A DNA stretch of 64,000 nt. Origin: an uncultured Chthonomonadaceae bacterium. Lineage in GTDB: Bacteria > Armatimonadota > Chthonomonadetes > Chthonomonadales > Chthonomonadaceae. The position numbers were made by a program, and so were the translations under genes. This document shows, one piece after another, positions 21,877 to 32,108 of this stretch. Position 1 is the first letter of the stretch. Every line of letters starts with the position of its first letter. Where the stretch lies: assembly GCA_963835065.1 (NCBI GenBank), contig CAWIEK010000016.1:64001-128000 (forward strand), read 5' to 3'. The notes below the pieces were generated by a model. It ran no database searches. It saw only the letters and a list, made by a program, of their open reading frames with translations, and had not been told where the DNA came from.

Positions 21877-22048
21877 GTCTTGAACCATGATTTATGTGAT
21901 TAGGATGATTATCATGATTCCTGAATGTTGCCTGTGCTTGAATGATAAAGTTGTATGATGAACAAGAGTGTGATTACAGGAAGGCTGTCAGGAACGCGCC
22001 TGCTTCATCATGGTAATCGGCCTAATCCTGTAAATCATGGTTCAAGAC
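21877..22048. repeat. MITE-like element, copy 2 (same family as 13948-14094)
   Basis: GTCTTGAACCATGATTTA ... TAAATCATGGTTCAAGAC termini. Confidence 0.82.
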
Positions 22049-22106
22049 AAGCAACGCCCCGTTATTTGAAGCGCAGGATGGTATCTGTTTGCTTATACAG
22101 TTACAT

Positions 22107-22138
22107 GAGAAAGTGTCCATTCAAATGGACACTTTCTC
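22107..22138. promoter_or_regulatory. Candidate parS palindrome 3
   Basis: GAGAAAGTGTCCATT-CA-AATGGACACTTTCTC on the far side of the origin. Confidence 0.65.
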
Positions 22139-22366
22139 TTCATAAACGAATAAAACGGCATCCTGACTGCAAGAGCAGGAAACCTACCTGCTCTAAGGAC
22201 GGATGTTTAATTGGGCGTACCTGATGTATCCTATACCACACTAAGCAACGATTGGGCGGCGAGTGAATGAGGGTACATTCGCCGCTTTCTGCTAAAACAA
22301 CAACCTTTCCGGCAGGTAGCGCGTGTTTGCCTGGGAGGGATTTTGAGAAATCAAGGGGCATCAGCA

Positions 22367-23302
22367 ATGACGGCGGAAACACAACATGAGGGCAGTACCA
22401 ACGGTGCAAACACAAACTTGCAGCAGTTTTCTTCGCAACTCGCGGCTATCGCGGCACAGGCGGCGAACAGCATTGTGCGGGTGGATGACGGCAGTCGCTT
22501 GACGGCGACGGGCTTGATCTGGTCTGCCGACGGCCTGATCGTCACCACGTCGCATGGCGTGGAGCGGGATGAAAACGTCACCATTGAGCAGGCAGATGGA
22601 ACCACGCTGCCGGCCACAATCATCGGGCGCGACAATGAAAGCGACATTGCCCTGTTGCGCGTCACGTCGCAAAACCTGACCGCCATACAGCCCGCTTTTG
22701 AGGAAGAGACGCAGATCGGAAACCTCGTTCTGGCATTGGCGCGGCCCGGACAGGCGGGGTTGCAGGCCACATTGGGCATCATCAGTTCGCGGCAGGACTC
22801 GCAAAGGAACGGCAAAGCAGAGTATATTCTCCATACGGACGCTGTCCTGTATCCGGGTTCTTCGGGCGGGGCGCTTGTCACTATGAGCGGGCGCGTGGCC
22901 GGCATGACGAACCTGCTTTTCGGACGAGGCAAGGGCATTGCGGTGGGAACGTCTGTTGCGGCGAACGTCGTGGAAGCCCTGCTTGCGGGCGGCAAGACAC
23001 AGCGCGGCTATCTCGGCATCAGCACACAGCAGGCTCCCCTCCCGGCCAATCTGCGAACAAGCCTTTCTCTGGCGCAGGAAAACGGCCTGCTGGTCGTGCA
23101 GGTGGAACCGGGAACCGGCGCGGAAAAGGGCGGCTTGTTCTTAGGTGACGTTCTGCTGTCCATCAACGGCCAAACCGTCTCGGACGTAGACACCCTGCGC
23201 CAACACCTGCGCCCCCTGCAAGCCGGGCAAACCATAGACCTTCAAATCCTGCGGGGCGGGGAGTTGCGGGACATGCAGGTGGAACTAGGCATTAGGCATT
23301 AG
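22367..23302 (+). CDS. S1C (HtrA-like) serine protease with PDZ domain
   Basis: Catalytic triad TTSHGV, DIALL, PGSSGG; PDZ RGYLGI...GDVLLSING. Confidence 0.92.
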   Translation: MTAETQHEGSTNGANTNLQQFSSQLAAIAAQAANSIVRVDDGSRLTATGLIWSADGLIVTTSHGVERDENVTIEQADGTTLPATIIGRDNESDIALLRVTSQNLTAIQPAFEEETQIGNLVLALARPGQAGLQATLGIISSRQDSQRNGKAEYILHTDAVLYPGSSGGALVTMSGRVAGMTNLLFGRGKGIAVGTSVAANVVEALLAGGKTQRGYLGISTQQAPLPANLRTSLSLAQENGLLVVQVEPGTGAEKGGLFLGDVLLSINGQTVSDVDTLRQHLRPLQAGQTIDLQILRGGELRDMQVELGIRH

Positions 23303-23395
23303 GCATTAGGCATTAGGGAAGAAGACAGAAGACATCTTGTGATGCGGAGTAGCCTCTATTCAAACCTCCTCTCTAATGCCTAATGCCTAATGCCT
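23286..23395. repeat. (GGCATTA)n ... (TAATGCC)n element supplying the protease stop codon
   Basis: The protease ends ELGIRH* inside the left arm. Confidence 0.9.
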
Positions 23396-23414
23396 GAATT
23401 TGAGGAGGCCATCC

Positions 23415-24062
23415 GTGATCCGTGTACTGATTGTCGCGCCGTATGCGTTTCTGCGCGCGGGGCTGGAAGCGCTGCTGGCGGAAGAAGCGGAATGTCAGGT
23501 GGTGGGCGCAGCAAGCGGCAGCGGGGAACTGGAAAGTCTGCTTGCGAACGCGCGCCCGGATGTGGTTTTAGTGGATGGTGAGGAGGAAAAAGACGAGTTT
23601 GCGCGTATTTTGGGGCTTGCGGTCGGGGCGGAAGTGGGATTGGCGCTGCTGGGCGAGGAACCGGAATTCGCTGCCCGTCTGCTTTCCAGTGAACTTACGG
23701 CATGGGCGTATCTGCGCCGGGAAGCGGAAGGCGCGGAAATCGCCACCGCATTGCGGGCAGTCGCTTCAGGATTGGTTGTGCTTGACCGCGCCTTTACGGA
23801 ACACCTGCGCGTTGATTCTGTTCCAGAAACGAACCCCATTGTTCCCGCATCCCTGCTGTCCAGAGAAACGCTGACGAGCCGGGAACGGCAGGTATTGGAA
23901 CTGATGGCCGAAGGGTTGGCGAACAAACAAATCGCCGCGCGTCTGGCAATCAGCCTGCATACGGTAAAGTTCCACGTCGCCTCTATCCTTGCCAAACTGG
24001 GCGCGGCCAGTCGCACGGAAGCGGTCACATTAGGAGCGCGTAACGGCATGGTAACGCTTTAA
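23415..24062 (+). CDS. NarL/LuxR family response regulator
   Basis: Receiver-like IRVLIV...PDVVLVD with atypical acidic pocket; [34 protein letters not shown]. Confidence 0.92.
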   Translation: MIRVLIVAPYAFLRAGLEALLAEEAECQVVGAASGSGELESLLANARPDVVLVDGEEEKDEFARILGLAVGAEVGLALLGEEPEFAARLLSSELTAWAYLRREAEGAEIATALRAVASGLVVLDRAFTEHLRVDSVPETNPIVPASLLSRETLTSRERQVLELMAEGLANKQIAARLAISLHTVKFHVASILAKLGAASRTEAVTLGARNGMVTL

Positions 24063-24218
24063 GCGCAAAACATTCGCTTGAACCAGAACAAAGCGCAGGA
24101 AAATAAGGAACGAATGTGGAAAAGGAGGGCGCAGCGACAGAAACCATCTGCTGCTGTGCCCTCCCTTGTCGTTGAAGGATGAGGGAACGCATTTACCACA
24201 GAGCAAAGGAACGAGAAT

Positions 24219-25565
24219 TTGAATGTAACGGATCAGCCGATTGGGGCCGGGGTGGGGGAGCAAGTCATAAATGCGCCGACGATTGTGCCTGCCAGCGCGT
24301 TGGGGCGTGAAGGGCATGTGTCGCCTGCCAATCGCATTACGATGGGCTTCATCGGCACGGGCAATCAGGGTACGGGCGATATGCGCCACTTTTTGCGCGA
24401 CGAGCGCGTTCAGGTCGTAGCCGTGTGCGATGTGAACCGCGAAAGCGGCGGCTACTGGGATGGGCGCGTCGCGGGGCGCGAACCGGCGCGGCGCATGGTA
24501 AATGCGTTTTATGCGGAAAAGATGCCCTCCGGCGGCTACAAGGGCTGCGACGCTTATGTGGATTTTCGGGAACTGCTGGCGCGGGAAGACATTGACGCCG
24601 TTGAAATCGCCACGCCGGATCACTGGCATGCCATTCCGGTTGTGGAAGCCTGTAAGGTGAAAAAAGATATATACTGCCAGAAGCCGCTCGGCCTGACGAT
24701 TGCGGAAGGGCGCATCATGAGCGATGCCGTCCGCGCATCGGGCGTGGTGTTCCAGACGGGAAGCCAGCAGCGCTCCGACCCGCATTTCCGCCGCGCCTGC
24801 GAACTGGTACGCAACGGGCGTATCGGAAGGCTGCATACGGTACGCTGCGGCCTGCCGGGTGGACGCCCCGATCTGGGCAAAAGTGGCGAACATAAGAAAC
24901 CTGAACCCGTGCCGGAAGGGTTTGATTATGCGATGTGGCTTGGTCCCGCGCCGGACGCGCCGTATTCGCCCGCGCGCTGCCACGTCAATTTTCGCTGGAA
25001 TCTGGACTATTCGGGCGGGCAGGTGACGGACTGGGGCGGGCATCATCCCGACTGCGCCCAATGGGGCATGGGAACGGATCATACGGGACCAATTGAAATT
25101 CGCAACGCAAAAGGCGTGTTTCCGCCCGATGAAGTTTGGAATACGGCAACGGAATTCACCTTTGAAGCCGTATATGCCAGTGGAGTGACGCTGATTGTGT
25201 CCAGCAAGGAGCGCAGTGGCGTGACGTGGGAGGGGGAAGACGGCTGGGTATGGGCGGATCGGGACAGGCACGAGGCCAGTTCTCCCGAAATTCTCAACGC
25301 GGTAATCGGCCCGGATGAAATCCATTTGTACCGCAGCGACAACCATTTCCGCAACTTTCTCGACTGCGTTGTGGAACGCCGGGAACCTGTCGCGCCCGCC
25401 GAAACAGCGCACCGCTCGCTGACCATCTGCCATTTGGGAAACATCGCCATGCGGCTCGGACGCGCAAACCTCAAATGGGACCCGAACACGGAACAAATTT
25501 TGGACGACGCGGAAGCCTCTGCCATGCTGCGCCGCTCGTACCATCATGGCTGGCAGCACCCGTGA
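24219..25565 (+). CDS. Gfo/Idh/MocA family oxidoreductase
   Basis: GFIGTGNQG, VVAVCDV, DAVEIATPDHWH, YCQKPL, QTGSQQRS, DWGGHHPD. Confidence 0.93.
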   Translation: MNVTDQPIGAGVGEQVINAPTIVPASALGREGHVSPANRITMGFIGTGNQGTGDMRHFLRDERVQVVAVCDVNRESGGYWDGRVAGREPARRMVNAFYAEKMPSGGYKGCDAYVDFRELLAREDIDAVEIATPDHWHAIPVVEACKVKKDIYCQKPLGLTIAEGRIMSDAVRASGVVFQTGSQQRSDPHFRRACELVRNGRIGRLHTVRCGLPGGRPDLGKSGEHKKPEPVPEGFDYAMWLGPAPDAPYSPARCHVNFRWNLDYSGGQVTDWGGHHPDCAQWGMGTDHTGPIEIRNAKGVFPPDEVWNTATEFTFEAVYASGVTLIVSSKERSGVTWEGEDGWVWADRDRHEASSPEILNAVIGPDEIHLYRSDNHFRNFLDCVVERREPVAPAETAHRSLTICHLGNIAMRLGRANLKWDPNTEQILDDAEASAMLRRSYHHGWQHP

Positions 25566-26311
25566 AAGTTGAAAAATTAATGGAAGCGGAACGAACGCGC
25601 GTCAGGCTGCTGATGGAAGCCCTGGCCGATGAGAAGGTGTCGGTACGCTGGAACGCGACGCGGGAATTGGGACGATTGGGCGACGCGGGACGGGACGCGC
25701 TGCCGCTTCTGACCGCGCTGCTTGACAACCGGGACGGCACGACGGCTTTGTGGGCGCGGGTGGCGATTGCGCGGATCACGGGCGACTTTGGCAGTCATTT
25801 GCCGGTTTTAATTGACGTGCTGCAAACCAAGACGCGCGTGTTTCCCGGCATGGCGGCGGCGGCGTTGGGGGAATTGGGCGCGGCAAGCGCTCCGGCTGTG
25901 CCGGCGTTGATACAGGAACTCTCCGCGCCCAATGCGGATGACCGATGGAGCGCGGCGGGCGCGTTGGCGGCCATCGGAAGCGAAGCGCGGCAGGCCGTTC
26001 CAACACTCGCGGATACGCTGGTACGCGATACGGACGAAAAAGTACGCTGGTACGCTGTCTACGCCCTGTCGGAAATCGGCCCGGACAGCGCTCCCGCCAC
26101 GCCTGCCCTGATACAAGCGCTCGACGATGTAGATGAGGATGTAAGGGGCTACGCGGCCCGCGCACTCGGCAACATCGGGCCGTCCCTGCTATCGCAGCAA
26201 ACCGACGTAACCGCGCTCATTGCCCGCTTGCAAGAACTGCTGCCCCGCGAAGAAGGAACCGTCCGCGAAGAGATGGAGCGGACGGTGGAGGCATTAGGCA
26301 TTAGGTATTAG
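25562..26311 (+). CDS. HEAT/PBS lyase repeat protein
   Basis: Repeated VR..AA.ALG.IG...AVPAL...L.D units. Start GTG 25562 or ATG 25580. Confidence 0.88.
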   Translation: MKVEKLMEAERTRVRLLMEALADEKVSVRWNATRELGRLGDAGRDALPLLTALLDNRDGTTALWARVAIARITGDFGSHLPVLIDVLQTKTRVFPGMAAAALGELGAASAPAVPALIQELSAPNADDRWSAAGALAAIGSEARQAVPTLADTLVRDTDEKVRWYAVYALSEIGPDSAPATPALIQALDDVDEDVRGYAARALGNIGPSLLSQQTDVTALIARLQELLPREEGTVREEMERTVEALGIRY

Positions 26312-26410
26312 GCATTAGAGAAGAAGGTAAAAGACAGAAGATAACAAGATGCAGAAAAGCCTGTGCGCTAAATCCCTTTACTAATGCCTAATGCCTAATG
26401 CCTAATGCCT
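26290..26410. repeat. (GGCATTA)n ... (TAATGCC)n element supplying the HEAT gene stop codon
   Basis: The HEAT protein ends EALGIRY* inside the left arm. Confidence 0.9.
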
Positions 26411-26425
26411 CCAAAGGAACCTGCC

Positions 26426-27004
26426 ATGACCTGGATAAAAACCATTCGCCCGAGGGACGGCGACGCGAAACTGCGCGAAGCGTTTAGTTGGCAGAAGATG
26501 TATCCGCCGGAGTATGCGGTGGAAGTGCCGTCGCTGAAAGAAGTGGCCGCGCCGGAAACGGGGGGCGGTATCAGCCAGTCGCATACGCTGATACCCGACG
26601 CGCTCAACCATGCCTTTGCCCTTTTGGGAGGCTTGCTGCAGCCGGAACTGCCCCTGTCACGGACGCAGCACGAGATGATCGCGACAACGGTTTCCGTTCT
26701 CAACCACTGCTTCTATTGAACGGAATCTCACGCGGAGTTTCTGCGTGTCGCTTCCGGCAATGACGCCCTGGCCGCCGCAATTAAAATCGATTACACTCGT
26801 GCCGACATTCCGCCCGCAGATCGCGCCATGCTCGATTACGCGGCCAAACTGACGCTCACGCCTGCCGATATGGGACGCGAAGACGTGGAGAGCCTGCGGT
26901 CACACGGTTTCGACGATCAGGCTATTTTGCAGATAAACCTCATCGCGTCTTACTTCAATTATATCAACAGGGTGGCGGATGGGTTGGGGGTTGGCAGACC
27001 GTAG
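26426..27004 (+). CDS. AhpD/CMD-like peroxidase-related selenoprotein (CxxU; Sec at TGA 26717-26719)
   Basis: LSRTQHEMIATTVSVLNHCFY-TGA-TESH. The frame continues AMLDYAAKLTLTP...LRSHGFDDQAIL...YFNYINRVADGLG to TAG 27002-27004. Confidence 0.88.
26720..26757 (+). promoter_or_regulatory. Bacterial SECIS-like hairpin
   Basis: Directly after UGA: lower stem CGGAA/UUCCG, upper stem CACGCG/UGCGUG, apical region GAGUUUC. Confidence 0.7.
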
Positions 27005-27264
27005 GGTAGGGTTTTAAGGTTTTGGGGTTTTAAGTTGTTAGGGAAAGCAAGGGTTGTAATTTGGTTTTCGGGATGGTGAGGAACAAGGGAGTTTGGCAGG
27101 GGCGTAGTGGATGTGTGGTATAGTGTAGACAGTGGATAGCATTGTTTGAAAACGCTTTATCTCTTGTTTGCTGAGTTATTATCCAATTGATATTGTCGTG
27201 AGAACGTATTCCGCCTGCCGTTTTCGCGCTTATTTTATAACACTTTGTTTGTGGAGGAACGAGA

Positions 27265-27681
27265 ATGGATTGTCATCGCTGCGGAACCACGCTGCCGACA
27301 AACGCCACTAGTTGCCCTCGTTGTGACGGCGCTCCCGCAAGAACCAAAAAGCTGTCTCAGACGGATTTGCACAAAACGCGCGCTCTTGTTCCGGTAGAAC
27401 GGTGCGAGAATTGTGGCTGGCTTGTCTACGCCAATGACAACGAGTGTACGGCCTGTGGCGCGTGGATCAATCGTCCGTGGAAGCAAAATGCTGTTGCCGC
27501 TGCCAAGCCCAAGCGTGGTCAAAAAGTCAAGGTCAGTGAGGTCAAGAACAATGACAATGCTTATTCGAACGAGGGTAGGAGCGGCGGCAATCGCGTACTC
27601 ATTGGCATCGTGGTCAGTCTGGCCGTTTTGATTTTGAGCGGGCTTGCCTACCACTTCCTCTTTGCGTCGCGCTTGCAGTAG
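27265..27681 (+). CDS. Zinc-ribbon membrane protein
   Basis: Four CxxC pairs (CHRC, CPRC, CENC, CTAC) and a C-terminal TM helix; GGAGG upstream. Confidence 0.75.
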   Translation: MDCHRCGTTLPTNATSCPRCDGAPARTKKLSQTDLHKTRALVPVERCENCGWLVYANDNECTACGAWINRPWKQNAVAAAKPKRGQKVKVSEVKNNDNAYSNEGRSGGNRVLIGIVVSLAVLILSGLAYHFLFASRLQ

Positions 27682-27686
27682 AAGCC

Positions 27687-27849
27687 ATACCGTTCAAATA
27701 AAACTTCGTAGGGACACAACATGTTGTGTCCGCATTGCCAATGTTGTGTCGCGCTCTTCTTATCAGAGGACACGCCGCCGGACACGCCGCCGGAGGACAC
27801 GCCGCCGCCGGAGGACACAACATGTTGTGTCCCTACGAAGTTTTATTTT
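27687..27849. repeat. REPIN-like GTAG REP dimer with internal GGACACGCCGCC tandem repeats
   Basis: ATACCGTTCAAATAAAACTTCGTAGGGACACAACATGTTGTGTCC ... GGACACAACATGTTGTGTCCCTACGAAGTTTTATTT. Confidence 0.85.
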
Positions 27850-27967
27850 GGCGTTGAAAACGTTTTCTTTACAAGAATGTCAAAATAACAGAAACGCGCT
27901 GCATGGAACCATTTCCATGCAGCGCGTTTTCGTGAGTGATATTCGCGTGAAGCGGGATAGGTTTGCG

Positions 27968-28933
27968 TTACTTCGGTACGGTTTTAGGTTTGGAGCGGTC
28001 GCGCAGGATTTCCAGCAGGTTGGCGCTTGGTCCCATGATGGTCAGGGCGAAGTAGGGCGCGTGGGAGGATACGATTTCGCCGAGCGAACCGGGCGCGGGC
28101 GAGGCGTAGGAGCCGTACATGCGCAGCACGTTTTCCATGCTTGCCACCAGGAAGGCTACGAGCATCTGCCCCCGTTTGGAATGTACCGTTGTCTTCGGAT
28201 CGGTAATCATAAAGAAGATAAAGAGCTGGTACATCGGGCCGGTGATAGGCGCGACTTCGGACAGGAAGCGGGCGGAAAACGGCGCGGTATCGTGCGACAA
28301 CGCGCCCCGCAAAGCCGCGTACCCGATGAAGCACAGGGCATACGTCAGACAAATATGGAACCGCTTCAAGCGATAAATGATAAACGAGCCGAGCGCCCAG
28401 ATAGCGGCCATAGCCCAAAGCCGGTTATCCCATTGGATTGTGAGCGTGGAAACGACGTTGGGGGCCAGCAGCAGCATGGCGACAATGCCCAAATTCGATG
28501 GATTCCACAGATGCCGCCCTTTGTAGCGTATCACGTATTTCGACGCGATTGAAATGGCGGCGCAAAGCGCGAACGGCCACGAATCCGTACAGCGCAGCAA
28601 AATGCCGACGCTGATTCCCGACACGTATGCGCTTGCCAGATGCGGCGTTTTCCCCGTAAACAGCCGTCCGAGAACGATTTCGGTAAGTATGCTCGTGGCA
28701 ATCGCAAGCGCCGTCGTCTTGTAAAAGTTGTCAAAATTGTGGGCGGACAATTGCCCGACCAGCAGGACGCATGTGACCAGAAACGGCGCGATATAGCGCG
28801 GGTCAATCTGGAATTTTCGCCGCGCCGCCATGTCTATCGGCTGATCCGTAGCAGGCGTAGCCCCGTTTCCCGCAACGGCTGTGCCTGCCATTGTGGGAGC
28901 CGAAACGGTCATATTGGGTTTGATAACGTTCAT
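27968..28933 (-). CDS. RnfD/NQR2-like membrane protein (UnbU-like)
   Basis: Polytopic; SKYVIRYKGRHLWNPSNLG and LFIFFMITDPKT motifs. Confidence 0.8.
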   Translation of the reverse strand: MNVIKPNMTVSAPTMAGTAVAGNGATPATDQPIDMAARRKFQIDPRYIAPFLVTCVLLVGQLSAHNFDNFYKTTALAIATSILTEIVLGRLFTGKTPHLASAYVSGISVGILLRCTDSWPFALCAAISIASKYVIRYKGRHLWNPSNLGIVAMLLLAPNVVSTLTIQWDNRLWAMAAIWALGSFIIYRLKRFHICLTYALCFIGYAALRGALSHDTAPFSARFLSEVAPITGPMYQLFIFFMITDPKTTVHSKRGQMLVAFLVASMENVLRMYGSYASPAPGSLGEIVSSHAPYFALTIMGPSANLLEILRDRSKPKTVPK

Positions 28934-29028
28934 GAGTGCAGCTCCATAAGGGAGTGACCAGACAGTTCATAGTTGATAGTTGATAGTTGATAGTAATGCA
29001 GGAACTACGAACTTTTAGCGCCTAGCCA

Positions 29029-31055
<2,027 letters not shown>

Positions 31056-31059
<4 letters not shown>

Positions 31060-31346
31060 TGTCTTAAGTTTCTTTGCGTCTGAACTCTGTTCAGGGACGT
31101 CTGCTCTGGACGCCACTCAGCGAAGGCTACTAGACCGCTGGTTATCAGCAACCCTGTTAAGAGCAGGGCCACGTCAACAACAACAGTGCGCAGTCGCATA
31201 TTCTCATAAAGGGAAGAAGATGGCGAGAAAGTGCTAAGATAGGCAACGCTGCCTACAAGTGCTACCACACCGCTCCACACTAACGCCCAAAGAAAAAACC
31301 GGATGGTAACAGGCAATGTCGAGGCTGTCTCAGGCTTATTATTCAT
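31056..31346 (-). CDS. Small two-TM hypothetical protein (lower GC)
   Basis: Two hydrophobic helices; AAGGAGG upstream; ATGA overlap with the next gene. Confidence 0.65.
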
Positions 31347-31360
31347 TCGTTCAACCCTCC

Positions 31361-32075
31361 TTACTTGTCACTCTTGCCGCTTTCAGACGGTTTCGCTGGA
31401 GCCTTCAAAAGTACCGGAATCAATCCCAACGCACCGCCTACAAAAATATATCCCAACGAATTCGCCAGCCCTAACAAAATCACTCCGGCAATCAGCATTG
31501 TCAAGGTGATAGCGGTGAAGGCTTGTTTGGTAAACAGGTCGTTCTTTCGCTCTGCCAGTTCGATTTCAAGCTGTTTCAGTAACTTCTGGAGTTTCCGCTA
31601 CTGTCTTGGCGTCATTGATTTGCGCCGCGCGTTTCTTTAGCTCGAACTCAAGAGATTCCAGATGCAGTTTTGCTTCCTTGATCTGGATATCCGCGATTTT
31701 GTTCCGGGTTTCAACATCCGTTTCCTGTGCTTTGCGCGTTTGCTCCAGCCTTTGTACATCAAGAGTAAGACGTTGAATTTCGATGGCGAGTTGCTTTGTC
31801 TCAACATCAAGCTGCCTCGATTTATAATCAAGTTCCAGCGCTTTTGCGGGAACCTCCATGTTTTGTACGGATTGCGCCGAATGTGGGTTTTCCAGTGTTC
31901 TTGCAATTTCCGCATCGAAAGTTTCGATGTTTGCTTCATTCTGAGCATTAGCGCTTATATCGGATGTTTTTTGATCTGTAAACGTTTCGGGAACAGCCTC
32001 TTGACGCTCTTTTACTTCCAAGTTGCCTGTCAGAGTTGCTTGCTCAACGTCTGTTTGCTGCTCATTTTTAAGCAT
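31361..32075 (-). CDS. Coiled-coil protein with C-terminal TM helices (lower GC), apparent frameshift near 31590
   Basis: Heptad-rich ORF 31566-32108 continues after a +1 shift as LQKLLKQLEIELAE...AITLTMLIAGVILLG...GKSDK* ending at 31361. Confidence 0.65.
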
Positions 32076-32108
32076 GAATCCAGGCTCCCATACAAGCGTA
32101 AAATCCAA

